From: Octopus vulgaris | Taxonomy: Eukaryota | NCBI GenBank assembly: GCA_951406725.2 | Contig: OX597824.1 | Coordinates: forward strand, 13,082,001-13,146,000 | Length of the DNA stretch: 64,000 bases | Reading direction: 5' to 3' | In this document: piece after piece, positions 27,224 to 42,246 of the stretch | How positions within the stretch are numbered: position 1 is the first letter of the stretch | How the letters are laid out: every line of letters starts with the position of its first letter | Made by a program: the position numbers and the translations under genes | The notes under the pieces: generated by a model | Databases searched by the model: none | What the model was told of the DNA's origin: nothing | What the model saw: the letters and a program-made list of their open reading frames with translations, nothing else

Positions 27224-27543
27224 GACGATATCATAGTCTACTCATATAATGTACATCCAGCGATCACTGCGAGGCAAAGTTAAACATTACAGCTGCATTG
27301 ATCATCTGACAGCCATGGTCGTCGTAATGGAAATATGTATTAGACGATTCCCACTTTCACTTTCACTTAGGAAAAACGAATAATGTTAATGGCAAAACTA
27401 ACAACGTTTCCCCATTTGCCAGACAAGTCGTTATTAAATATAAACATTCGTCTCTTTAATATGTCTCGCAGTGTTTTTGCCCAAACACACACACGCACAC
27501 ATACGGACTCAAACAAATGCGCACGCTTGCTCAGTATACGCAT

Positions 27544-27631
<88 letters not shown>

Positions 27632-27782
27632 GCATACACACACATATAATCAACATACATATGCTAAATGTTGCAGTCGTTACAGAGTGTTGCTGTGTTT
27701 AGTCTTTCATATGAATTTCAAATTAAAGCAAGTGCATATAATGATATATGCAGTCATACATACGTACGTATATACGAACAAG

Positions 27783-28177
27783 GGGACGCGCAATGGCTCA
27801 GTGGTCAGGCAGCGGACTCGCGGTCGTAGGATCGTAGGATCGTAGGAATCCCAGACCGAGCGTTATAAGTGTTTATTGAGTTTATTGAGCGAAAACACCT
27901 AAAGCTCCACGAGGCCCCGGCAGTGGGTGGTGGCGAACCCTGCTGTACCCTTTCACCACAACTTTCTCTCACTCTTTATTCCTGTTTCTGTTGTACCTGT
28001 ATTTCAAAGGGCCAGCCTTGTCACGCTCTGTGTCACGCTGAATCTCCCCGAGAACTACATTAAGGGTACACGCGTCTGTGGAGTGTTCAGCCACTTGCAC
28101 GTTAATTTCACGAGCAGGCTGTTCCTTTGATTGGATCAACCTGGAACCCTCGTCTTCGTAATCGACGGAGTGCCACG
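27783..28177 (+). mobile_element. SINE type C
   Basis: Matches the other type C copies; TSD atatacgaaca. Confidence 0.9.
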
Positions 28178-29127
28178 ATATACGAACATACATGCGTGCA
28201 TACATACGTATATATTTACATGCATGTTTACATAAATGCATGCGTACAAGCTTATATGCAGATCTACATGTTTGTAGGCATATACACATGATTACACAGT
28301 TACTGATGTCAGCGTTTCAGAATTGGAAACCGATTCATTCTCCATTGGTAAGAAATTTGGAAAATGAACTTTGATCGCTGCCAAACATTATTTCAAAGGG
28401 ACGGTTTAGTCGAGTCGTTAAAGTGTCGGAAACAAGAATCTCTTCATGAAATTGTTCTAGTTCTTTACATTTTAAGTTCAAATCTCACCGATGGGAACTT
28501 TACCTTATATTTAGTTCGCTGGTGTTGATAAAATAAAGTTGTTTGGAAGATAGTATCGGCTAAACACCTCTTCTCTAAAACAGCTAGACTTGCACCTAAA
28601 TGAGAAAAAAATTTAAATATTGTCATAACAAATTCATTTCATGAAAGTTCATTTGTTTGAAGAGTTGACAGAAAATATCATACAGCATTTATACACACAC
28701 ACACACACAGACACACACACACACACGCATACATATAAAAGTGTGTATATGTATATACATGTACACACACACACACACACGCACACACACATATATGCAT
28801 GCATGTTTATGCGTGTATGAATATATATATTTTAAACATTTTACTTGCTTCAGTGACTGGATTGTAGCCGAGCTGGGGCACAACTTTGAAAGGTTTAGAA
28901 AAACAAAATCGACACCCAATACTGAAATTTTTTAAAGACTGGTTTTCATTCTACAGTTCTTTTACCGAACATCTAGGGTATTGGGTCGTAAACAAACCAA
29001 CGCCCTTTCTCACGAGCGGTTGTGGGAGACAAACACAAAAACTCACAAACTCTTAAGTATATAGACAGACTGGTACGCACGTGCGCGAGCAAGCACACAC
29101 ACATACATATAAAAAATAAAATAAATA

Positions 29128-29373
29128 CTCCCTTTTAAAACCTAGCCCGGCTCATGGGCTCGGTTTCCCGGTTTCAATGGCGTATGTGTCCCCATGCTGG
29201 ACGGGACGCCAGTCCATCGCAGCCGCTACTCATTTTCGCCAGATGAGTGGACTGGAGCAACGTGAAATGAAGTGTTTTGCTCAAGAACACAACGTGTCGC
29301 CTGGTCCAGGAATTGAAACCACAATCTTACGATAAGGATGCTGACACCCTAACCACTAAGCCACGCACCTCCA
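29128..29373 (-). mobile_element. SINE: head D plus V-like tail
   Basis: CORE-like head then ctgcgatggactggcgtcccgtccag...gaaaccgggaaac...gctagg tail. Confidence 0.8.
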
Positions 29374-30118
29374 CCACATACATATAACTACTATATAAAT
29401 GAGAGTTTGTGTGTGTGTGCGTGTGTGTGGGTATGTTACCAAAAGGCTCCGAAACGATGGGCGCTACAGGAAAACGGATTCGATTTTCGAAATTTGCGTC
29501 CGAAGGGGAAGGTTTTTGATTATTAGCAATCAAAGAATACAATTTTCTGCGAGAAATAAGTCACCTTCAAACTCGTCAGCATTGGAATCTTTAGAAGATG
29601 CCATCTAAAACACATAGTTACCTGAACGTGTGTACGGTTGTGTGTGTGTGTGTGTGTGTATGTGTGTGTGTGTGTGTGTGTGCATGTGGCGTGTTATAAC
29701 TCTCTGCCTTCCTCTCTCTATCTATCTATCTATCTACCTCTTTCTGTCTTTTATGCTTTCTACTCTCTTGATATGACATGTAATGCAAGTCAGTCGCAGG
29801 AGACAATCGCATTTGTCTATGTACCTCTCTCTATCAGTCTCTCTCTCTATCTCATTGTAAACTTTCCTCCTCTCTATATATTATTACCACACTATCTCGC
29901 ACTCTTTCTCTGTATATCTCTTACGGTGAGTATGTGTATATTCATACATGTATGCGCACGCGCATGTGTGTGTGTGTGTGTATACATGAGTGTAAGGAAT
30001 TTTATTTGGGTGACAGTGTCGAAAGACCCCCAGAAGAAAGATCAGGAGACACAGATAGAAAGGAATAGATTTGATGATACGCGAACACCAGTTCGCCGCC
30101 TTCCCAAACATCAAATTT

Positions 30119-30328
30119 TGTTTTCTACTCTAGGTACAAGGCCCGACATTTTGGGGGAGGGGGCCGGTCGATTAAATCGACCTCAGTGTGCAAGTGGTGC
30201 TTAATTTATCGATCCCGAAAGGATGAAAGGCAAAGTCGACCCCGGTAGAATTTGAACTCAGAACATAAAGACAGACGAACTATCGCTAAGCATTTCGCCC
30301 GGCGTGCTAACGTTCCTGGCAGCTCGCA
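30119..30328 (-). mobile_element. SINE type A with the alternative tail
   Basis: SINE-A head/body ending in ccctcccccaaaatgtcgggccttgtacctagagtagaaa. Confidence 0.85.
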
Positions 30329-30672
30329 ATTTTGACCATCAGTAAATCGCAAAGGCAAGTATTTTCGGTTGCGGGCTTACGCCTTCATGAGCATTGTTCC
30401 GCCCATGGTCAGCTTTACGTTGAATGTTCCAGGAAAACGTTTACTTCTATGTAACACATCCGTACATGCCTGGGTCTATATGGATGTGTTCGTATATGGT
30501 GTATATTCACAAATGGATATGCAGACCTCGACCCTCGTCAATTGGTTTCCTGAATATTAAAATGCTTTGATTCAAACGAATCCTACAAATAATTATACAC
30601 CTCCCACACATATACATATATATATATTTGTGCGTACGTAAGAATGTATATATGTATGTGTGTGTATGTGTA

Positions 30673-30715
<43 letters not shown>

Positions 30716-30854
30716 CACACAGTGAGACTGAACTCACACACTCCTACCTGCAACTATACATGCTTACACACATACATACATATATACATACATACACGTA
30801 TGCATAGATACATACACACCAATACATGTATATAAATATATATATTTGTGAGTG

Positions 30855-30891
<37 letters not shown>

Positions 30892-31000
30892 ATGTGTGAG
30901 TGCGCATGTGTATATATATATAAATACGTAAATATATATATATATATATACATACACTCACACACTCACACGCACACACACGAACACACATATTCACATA

Positions 31001-31055
<55 letters not shown>

Positions 31056-31417
31056 TTAATATTTTCCTCTTTTATTTCTTTGAAACAAAGCACATGATTA
31101 TTCAGAACAGAAGAGAATACGATAAAAAGCGGGAGAGAACCAGTAAGAAAGACAAAGATACGCACACGTATAGACAAAGACGTACGTACACAAAAAAAAA
31201 ACAGAACAAAGCAACAGATTTTAATAGTTATATAGGTATATATACGCATTCACAGACAGCAGTCTATAATGTGCATATGGACGAAGGTCACGAAATCTAT
31301 GAAGTCGTGGATATTATTATAAATATAAATATAGCGAAAATTACTAGGTGGTAACAAAATAATGACTAAAGAGAGAATTTGATCGACTAATATAGGTTAA
31401 AGAACGTTCGACCTCGA

Positions 31418-31697
<280 letters not shown>

Positions 31698-31728
31698 CTG
31701 TACATCTATATCAAACAATATATACATG

Positions 31729-31857
<129 letters not shown>

Positions 31858-32169
31858 CTATATATATATATATATATACATACATATATATAGACACATG
31901 TATATAATATACATATATATATATACATGTATATATATATATACATATGTGTGTGTGTATGTGTGTGTATATATGTATATACATACGTATATGACAATGT
32001 GTGCATATATCACTTTGTGTATATATATGCATAAATATATCAATGCACATACACACACACATGAACACATGCGTATAGATGGATATAGATATACATACAT
32101 ATATATATATACGTATGTATAAATGCAGTTATTTGCCCATACTTGTATGTATATATATATATATATATA

Positions 32170-32222
<53 letters not shown>

Positions 32223-32707
32223 GTGCAGCACAAATACACATACAATCACTCATACGCATTCACAAACTCGCATACTCACATATCATATCTATATCTATAT
32301 CTATCTATATATATATATACACCGTTTGAAATACATCGTATTCTGAAGAAGGTCTCCTGATACATAAATATCGCAGTTAGCTGAACATTTATTATCGTCC
32401 TTGGCGGTTTCTGTCTTTTCTTCTTTGCTGTAATTTGATTCTTAACGGCGAAGAGCTTTTTATCTAAATTTATCTCTTTCGTTCCTTTGCAGTTCAGTTT
32501 GGGAATCGATATCGTTAACTTATCATTTGCTCACGCGCACACGTTCACTACCCCCACCCTTCACACACGCACACACACACACACACACATATGCCTGCTT
32601 GTGTATGTATGCGTGAATATACCTATATATACATATACATATATATATATATATTTATGGATATGTGAATGTATAATTTATACACACAGACACTCACGTA
32701 CATATAA

Positions 32708-32888
<181 letters not shown>

Positions 32889-33083
32889 ATCTATCTATCT
32901 ATCTATCTATCTAGTATCTATCTATCTATCTATCTAATAATAATAATAATATATATATATATATCATAATAATAATAATAATAATAATAATATCAATGGT
33001 AATATGAAATATTAGAAATTTCTACTATCAGTAGCCTAGCGTGTAAAAATTTAGTCAATAGACTGTATATTATTTATATAAAT

Positions 33084-33228
33084 AGTGTACATTTAAACAC
33101 ATAAGAGGCATCCATCATAGGACTCCTTGCACGCTAGAAAGAACAGTTAGTGGTTTAGAATTTAGCTGTTCTTTCTAGCGTGCAAGGCGTCCTATGATGG
33201 ATGCCTCTTATGTGTTTAAATGTACACT
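33084..33228. repeat. Near-perfect inverted repeat (about 66-bp arms, 13-nt loop)
   Basis: agtgtacatttaaacacataagaggcatccatcatagga...gaacagtta / tagctgttc...tcctatgatggatgcctcttatgtgtttaaatgtacact. Confidence 0.92.
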
Positions 33229-33308
33229 GTATTAGATACATATATATTATATACATATATATATACATACATATATATATATATACATATATACATATAT
33301 ATTATATA

Positions 33309-33348
<40 letters not shown>

Positions 33349-34303
33349 CATATATACATACATAAATATATATACATAATACATACATATACACAAACAT
33401 ATGCATACACGTGCATAAACACATGTATATATGCATTCTTAGGCACACAAATGCAAATTATTTCTGTAAGAAAGTAAGATTTTTATGTGAGGCTGATTAT
33501 TATTTTTAATATTATTATTCTTTCTAACAGGAAAACGCTATTGACTACAATTGATATTTTGCTTCACAAAAGATCGTTCTCTTTATTAATACTCTTTTGT
33601 TACGCGATATTCTCCTGATTGCTGTCACATTTATTCATATTGCTTTAATCAGTGATAAATGTACGCCATCTTTACACCGACTCTCGAATGTTGTAAAAAG
33701 AAAAGCAACACCGTTAAGCAAATGAATAAAACATAGCCAAAAAAAAAAAAGAAACGGTAATGCGTAAAAGAAAATGGAACTAAATACCATTTGCATCTTC
33801 TTGTCTTTCACTTAAAAAAAACAACAAAAAAACCCCCAAAAAAATCCTAAACAATAACATAATAAATAACATTGTAAAAGTCGAATAATTCTGAAGACAA
33901 CCTGTTGTTATATCGTAGCAGAGAACTGTCAAAATAGCTATTTCCCATCAAGTGCCAATATCATATTAAAGATCATTATTTGGCAGCATTTGTCCGCATC
34001 TAATATCTGCAGAACATTGAAGAACCGCGGTGCCATTTTGTTTTTTCCTGATCAATCTTCTGAAAACTATGTCAGTAGAGTTTTACCAATTCTACATAAA
34101 CAGGATAGGAGAAATGTCTGTAGTTTACTTTTATATATATATATATATATTTAAAAAGACTTTAATATTGTTGCTTCAGTAAATTTGGTCTAGTGTACTT
34201 TTATGTAAGCCTGAATGTATACTAAATGTTTTTACTTCCTCTTATTCTTCAAATGAATAAATATAAAGAATATCACATTGAAAGGAATTACAAATCTACT
34301 CAC

Positions 34304-34456
34304 CTTCTTTGTTTTGTGTTGTAAAGTGTACATCAACGGTTCGACAGAAATAGTACAAAGGTGGTTATCTCTGAACGCTTCACTTCTTCAATTTCTTTAG
34401 TGGTTACAAAGAAGACATATTAAAAACGAAAAGTTCCACGACTGAGTATTTGCTTC
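34304..34456 (-). other. Candidate non-coding exon (153 nt)
   Basis: Acceptor aatttcctttcag|G and donor AAG|gtgagt; stops in all three frames. Confidence 0.4.
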
Positions 34457-34568
34457 CTGAAAGGAAATTATTGTGAAGAAGGACCGCATTTCATATAACC
34501 ATCGGCGAGGCTTCAACCAACTATATATGCAACCCATTGAAATACAAACAATATTGCTTTGTACTTAC

Positions 34569-34614
34569 CTTGTTGTGATTTTATTACATGAATCACTGCA
34601 CTCTCAAGATCCGT
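34569..34614 (-). other. Candidate exon (46 nt)
   Basis: Acceptor ccttttatttccccccattctag| and donor AAG|gtaagt; 112-nt intron to the next candidate exon. Confidence 0.4.
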
Positions 34615-34779
34615 CTAGAATGGGGGGAAATAAAAGGCAAAATACGAATATAAAACTGGTAATTCTAAGTTAATGTTAACATATTTCGGGAATGTAATTA
34701 AAAAGTTAGCGAATAATCCAACACTTCTCGACTCCGAAGAAATTTCATTTTCTAAAATATCTCGAAAATTTAGAGTCTA

Positions 34780-35180
34780 TCTTTATATATAAAAGTGAAG
34801 TTGTGTGAGTGTCTGTCTCCTACGATTTAGATTCCTAACTACTCCCACAATTTGCGGTGCAGTGTAACAAAAAGCGGGTATCTTATAGTCGTGATTCATA
34901 TCGAGCCCTTCTGGGTATTAGCGCGCGTCTACGATGAGTCTACGATTAAAAAAAAAATTACCATCATTTTTTCCCATTTTTAATGCATTTTTTCGCCATT
35001 ATATAAGGGAAGTAACTCTCTAAAAATGTATTATTAAATCTCAGAACGTAAAAAGCTACAGTAACCCCCCCCCCCTTTGTGGTTAGCCATATTGAGATGG
35101 CTATTATAGTTTACATCTCTAAAAATGCTTATATAGTTATTTTCCTTGGAAACCCGAGCAACGCCGGGCGATACTGCTAG
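34780..35180 (+). mobile_element. Non-autonomous Helitron
   Basis: Starts a|TC(tttatatataaaag), ends with GC-rich hairpin cccgagcaacgccggg then CTAG|t; A/T insertion site, no TSD. Confidence 0.85.
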
Positions 35181-35792
35181 TTTTATATAAAGAAGGCTGC
35201 ATTTTAACGGAGAAAGTTTATTCCGAGAGGATATTTATCTATGCTAAATATAGTCATTTTCAGATGAATGGACAGTAGAAATGAGAAAATAAAGTGCCTT
35301 TCTCAAAGGTAAAACTGCTGCGTTTAGGAATCGAACCCAAGAGCTTAAGTTCGTAAGCCCAACACTAAAGCTAAAGATGCATAAAAACCAACAGGATCTA
35401 TTTGTTGTTACGCGACTGAACATAAAAGTTTAGAATCAGTTTGTATGTGAAAGTACTCTATGTGAAAGTACTGAGATCTTGTCTTTGTATATATCGTGTC
35501 ACAATAGAGGTGCGTCATCCGGGTGAGAACGTACTAAGCTTCAGGAAATACAGTAAGCGATAAGGAATGAAACTCTAACAATCTATAAATAATATTTTCA
35601 TTTTTATTGCAGGAACATAAGGTTATTCCGGATATATTTCAATCTTTTAAATGAGTAACCACCAAAATATTTATTTTCTTTTTAATGTTATTGAATTTAC
35701 AATGACTTACAAAGTTATATACGATCATACATCCGCATAAACCGCAAACATCCTATTTGAGGGAGTGACCGAGGAAAGTATGTACAATGGAT

Positions 35793-36272
35793 TAGGCGGC
35801 GAGCTGGCGGAATCGTTAGCACGCCGGGCGAAACGCTTAGCGGTATTTCGCCTGTCGCAACGTTGTGAGTTCAAATTTCGTAGAGGTCGACTTTGCCTTT
35901 CATCCTTTCGGGGTGGATTAAATAAGTACCAGTTACGCACCGGGGTCGATATAATCGACTTAATCCGTTTATCGGGGTCGATAAATTAAGTACCAGTTAC
36001 GCACTGGGGTTGATATGGTCGACTTAATCTGTCTGTCTATCCTTGTTTGTCTCCTCTGTGTTTAGCTCCTTGAGGGTAGTAAAGAAATAGGTATTTCGTC
36101 TGTCGTTACGTTCTGAGTTCAAATTCCGCCGAGGTCGACTTTGACTTTCATCCTTTCTGGGTCGATAAATAAAGTACCAGATTCGTACTGGGGTCGATGT
36201 AATCGACTTAATCCCATTGTCTGTCCTTGTTTGTCCCCTCTATGTTTAGCCCCTTGTGGGCAGTAAAGAAAT
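35793..36272 (+). mobile_element. SINE type A dimer with additional internal duplication
   Basis: Head, duplicated central block, tail, then second body-tail from ggtatttcgtctg. Confidence 0.9.
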
Positions 36273-36278
36273 ATATAT

Positions 36279-36434
36279 AGCGGTCACTTAGCGGTTCGGC
36301 AAAAGAGACCGATAGAATAAGTACTGGGCTTACAAAGAATAAGTCCCGGGGTCGAGTTGCTCGACTAAAGGCGGTGCTCCAGCATGGCCGCAGTCAAATG
36401 ACTGAAACAAGTAAAAGAGTAAAAGAGTAAAGAG
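36279..36434 (+). mobile_element. SINE type B 3' fragment
   Basis: acttagcggttcggcaaaagagaccg...gaaacaagtaaaagagtaaaagag. Confidence 0.88.
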
Positions 36435-36873
36435 CATATATACAATGGCTCAACAGCAGTTTTCTTGATTCTATCACCAGCCTCGTAAGCAAAACGGACA
36501 CGCTTTCCTGTATAGCAGCTAAAAGAAAACAAAACCTCGAAGATCGAAGATGGAATATCTTGGAATATAAAATTTACTTGAACGCAATAGACATCGACTA
36601 AACATAAAATTTGTTCTAATTACAAGAATCTATATATTCCTGATTTGAAAATCCGTTTCGAAAACGAACAAACATTACGATGGAGGATATTTGGCGACCC
36701 ATAGTTAATCTCTGGCAGTGTTGCTAGTAGGATAAGCAGTTTTAATTGAATAATCGATGAGGGTAAACCACATCTTCTATATAAAACAAGATATAATAAA
36801 ACCTGAAGTTTTTCACTTAATGGCCTCCATCGTACATGTGCGCATGTACAATTATATTATCAGCCTTTTCATA

Positions 36874-36929
<56 letters not shown>

Positions 36930-37047
36930 AATCAAGGAACGGCCATAATAGGCCATTCACCCACTAGAAATAACAGCCAAAAGCTTTAACCGCAAAATAA
37001 CATCAATTCCGTAAACCAGGAGAAAATTAAAAAACATTTACCCTGTA

Positions 37048-37154
37048 ATTTCTTAGACGATGCACCGTTTCATCTACTGTTTAATGGTAAACTAACCTGA
37101 TTAAATTAAATCAAGCCAATCTACCATAGGCCCTTAGATTCATCAGTAAGAAAT
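37048..37154 (-). ncRNA. Intact type I hammerhead ribozyme (copy 1)
   Basis: Reverse complement of 37669-37775. Confidence 0.85.
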
Positions 37155-37668
37155 AGCCAAGTCGGAACAGATATTTTTCACGAGGCATTCCTGTTGCTAC
37201 CTCGGCAATATCTGACCTAAAATTTTCAAATCGTCGCACTCGCGCCAAATTTATCGGCAGCAAATAAATATAAGCCGCCGATTCCATTACGGAATTAACC
37301 AGAAAATTCATAATTAATCAATATAGGGTGGCAAAAAAAATTTTGTAGAATTATTTTGCCACCAGCGGCCTAGTGGGAAAAAATTAAATAGTCATAAACC
37401 ATTTTTAAGTTCAACATCACAATCAAGGAACGGCCATAATAGGCCATTCACCCTCTAGAAATAACAGCCAAAAGCTTTAACCGCAAAATAACATCAATTC
37501 CGTAAACCAGGAGAAAATTAAAAAACATTTACCCTGTAATTTCTTAGACGATGCACCGTTTCATGCCGATAAATTTGGCGCGAGTGCGACGATTTGAAAA
37601 TTTTAGGTCAGATATTGCCGAGGTAGCAACAGGAATGCCTCGTGAAAAATATCTGTTCCGACTTGGCT

Positions 37669-37775
37669 ATTTCTTACTGATGAATCTAAGGGCCTATGGT
37701 AGATTGGCTTGATTTAATTTAATCAGGTTAGTTTACCATTAAACAGTAGATGAAACGGTGCATCGTCTAAGAAAT
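37669..37775 (+). ncRNA. Intact type I hammerhead ribozyme (copy 2)
   Basis: AUUUCUUA CUGAUGA AUCUA...UAGAU GAAAC GG UGCA UC GUC UAAGAAAU: 8-bp stem I, perfect core, long stem II insert, palindromic loop III, GUC cleavage site at 37765-37767. Confidence 0.88.
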
Positions 37776-38001
37776 TACAGGGTAAATGTTTTTTAATTTT
37801 CTCCTGGTTTACGGAATTGATGTTATTTTGCGGTTAAAGCTTTTGGCTGTTATTTCTTGTGGGTGAATGGCCTATTATGGCCGTTCCTTGATTGTGATGT
37901 TGAACTTAAAAATGGTTTATGACTATTTAATTTTTTCCCACTAGGCCGCTGGTGGCAAAATAATTCTACAAAATTTTTTTTTTGCCACCCTATATTGATT
38001 A

Positions 38002-38094
<93 letters not shown>

Positions 38095-38190
38095 TGTAAA
38101 AGTGCAATACACTTTGACGAACCGTATAATTTTGGGGCAAATAAGTTAAAACAATTTGCATCATATTATAAACATTATACACATACATAC

Positions 38191-38250
<60 letters not shown>

Positions 38251-38367
38251 GCCTATCATAAAGATAAGTACCGAAACGCTGGCGCACACATCGTAAAGAT
38301 ATGCAACGCGTGCGTGTGTATGTGTGTGTGTGTGTATGTGTGTATGTGCGTGTACATCTGTGCGCGC

Positions 38368-38402
<35 letters not shown>

Positions 38403-38404
<2 letters not shown>

Positions 38405-38540
38405 TCTTTTACTCTTTGACACAATTCAGTAATTTGACTGCGGCCATAATGGAGCACCGCCTTTAGTCGAATAAATCGACCCTAGGACTTATTCTTTGGA
38501 AGTCTAGTACTTATTCTATCGGTCTCTTTTTCAAACCGAT
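38403..38540 (-). mobile_element. SINE type B 3' fragment
   Basis: tttgactgcggccataatggagcaccgcctttagtcg...tacttattctatcggtctc. Confidence 0.85.
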
Positions 38541-38559
38541 ATATATATATATATATATA

Positions 38560-39154
<595 letters not shown>

Positions 39155-39338
39155 ATATATATATATATATATATATATGCTATGTATGGTATATATATAT
39201 ATATACATATACATCAAACAAAAGTGAGAAAGGGGGAGCGTGATGGAGACAATGATAAACATGTTTATAATGGTGCAGTGATAATTGGTATTTATTGATT
39301 AGCAGTGATGTTTAAACTCATTAATATACATACGACCC

Positions 39339-39387
<49 letters not shown>

Positions 39388-39408
39388 CATACATACATAC
39401 ATACATAC

Positions 39409-39445
<37 letters not shown>

Positions 39446-39460
39446 GTATTTATACGTATA

Positions 39461-39503
<43 letters not shown>

Positions 39504-39742
39504 GTATATATGTACATATATATATATATATATATAAAAATGTATATAAATATGTATACATACATTATTATACTATACATCCATACATATATGTATATAT
39601 ATAAATGCATATATAAAATGTATATAAATATTTCTACATACATAATACATACATATATGTATATATATGTATATATATAACGTATATATATATGTATACA
39701 TAAAATGTATATAAATATTTATACATACATAATGCATACATG

Positions 39743-39808
<66 letters not shown>

Positions 39809-40289
39809 TATGTATGTATGTATGTAGGTTTGTACGTGTCCATCTCTGTCTCTCTATCTATTTATCTAGAGATTACAAAGAAGGTATAAAAAATCACTCA
39901 CCAGAGGGCTATGACTGTAGTTTTGAGATTAATACTTGCTAGTGTGACTGATCGCAAATATATTTTCCGATGATTAAGATGTATTATTTATAACAAAGTA
40001 ATAGGGACTTAGTCCCTTATTGCACCTTTTATATATTTATATAGGAATCTCCCTTTAGATTCCTATATTTATTACCATATATAAATCATTTTATACACTT
40101 AATTAAATTTATATAGCACTCAACCAAATCAACCTATATTTTAAAGATACAATTTAATTCAATTTATTTATTTATTGTATATTTGTGTATTTTGGTATTT
40201 AAGCATAAGCAAATACTAAGTTTTTAGATTTCCATAAGGGCATTTTGTACTTTAGCCTTATTTCCCGTGTGTTTTGTAGTGGCTGTCTG

Positions 40290-40442
<153 letters not shown>

Positions 40443-40607
40443 TCATTGGGCATCAATCAGCTCTCAGTCAGGGATATCCGCGTCTTTTCTCTGCCATTTT
40501 TCACCACATTAAAGCTTGGTCCAGTCCTTGATATTATCAAACCACTTAGTTTTATGTCCTCTCGAGCATTTACCATTTATCTTCCTTTCTGATAATATAG
40601 GATTTTG

Positions 40608-42151
40608 CCGTCATTTTCGTACGTTTGTCATTCAATTTGATAATCGGGTCATTCAAAGTCGCAAAAAAAATTAGCGCCATGAAATTCGTTTTACGATTAT
40701 TCTATTTCGCACTTCGGCCAAAGAATTTAGCATTTACACCATTGAAATTAAAATGCCCGTCGAGAGCATTCAAATTAGGTAGAATGCGAGGAAGAGTCTT
40801 TTCGAGCATTCAAATTCCTTTCAGAGCAATCTGTTTAACACTTCGAATAATCAAGTTAGCACTATAGCTGTTTTTGATTCTATCTCATGATAATTGTCAT
40901 CATAATCATATGTTTTCATCCGTTGTTTACGCTTTAAGCACTCTATCCTGCCCATGTATTTTCTATGTATTCTTTTATTATTGCATAGGTACATGTATTT
41001 ATCGTTAAAGACTTCATGAAATTGCATTCCAGCCTTTTCAATCTTTTAAAGAAACCCACTATTACAACAAATGCTCGTTTCCTTTGATTTCCTTTGCATA
41101 AAATGTCTTGTGAAAAGTATATATTTCTTTGATCTTGAATTTTTTCTTTCATCGGGGAAAGGGTGCTATGTACACTAAGATAGTTATTGATTTACAGTCT
41201 TGTTAAGGAGAGTTCGTTTCAGAGGATTTAGCCGTCTATTTCCTGGCAGCTGAGGTATCTCGGGAGGTAGGTCTAAGTGTGTTTATACCAACGAACACAA
41301 TTTTCAGGAGTGATGGCGTCGATATTTCGCCTTGCTACCTGTTGTATGACATGTGCACGCCATTCTTCCATGGTCATGCCGGCTTCTCCTGCAGCTGCCT
41401 GGTCGCCAACCCTTTGCTGCAACTCATCTCGAGCGAGGTCCTGCTTGACAGCCGCCTTAAAGGCAGCATGCGCCATTTCCCTACAGTTAAGAAACGGCAA
41501 GTAGGGAGGCAGGAGTTTCAAACTGATCCGGGAGTCAACGTCAGCTGGGAGCTCGGACGAACGTGTGGCTGCGCTTTGTCGTAGATCAAGTAGACGGATT
41601 CATCCGTTGGGAACATGTCGGCACATGAGCATTCAATTTTGCACGAGAGCATTCGAGGTGATAGAGGCTATAGCGTACTGCGGCGTAGGTAAGGTGCACA
41701 GATCTGGGAATCATCTCATTCTGCTGTCAGTTCGTGTACACACTAGGCAGTAGGTGCCCGAACAAGTCTGGCATACTTATTATACAATTCATAAGGCAGA
41801 CCATCAAGACCCGGCGCCTTACCTACCCCGCAGTCCGCTATAGCCTCTATCACCTCGAATGCTCGCGTGCTAATTTGAATGCTCATAAAGACGCTTCCTC
41901 GCATTCCGACTAATTTGAATGCTCTCGATGGGCATTTTTATTTGAGCGATATAAATGCTAAATTCTTCGAACGAAATTAGGCGTGGGAGTGGCTGTGTGG
42001 TAAGTAGCTTGCTTACCGACCACATGGTTCCAGGTTCAGTTCCTACTGCGTGGCACCTAGGGTAAGTGTCTTCTACTATAGCCTCGGGCCGACAAAAGCC
42101 TTGTGAGTGGATTTGGTAGACAGAAACTGAAAGAAGACCGTCGTATATATG

Positions 42152-42246
<95 letters not shown>

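Larger units (their letters stand above)
36925..38003. mobile_element. Young hammerhead-bearing tandem plus inverted repeat element (Penelope pLTR / retrozyme-like) in (TA)n
   Basis: Block A 36925-37259, block B 37313-37415, direct partial A 37416-37564, then inverted A+B 37565-38003; copies almost identical; TA arrays on both sides. Confidence 0.85.
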
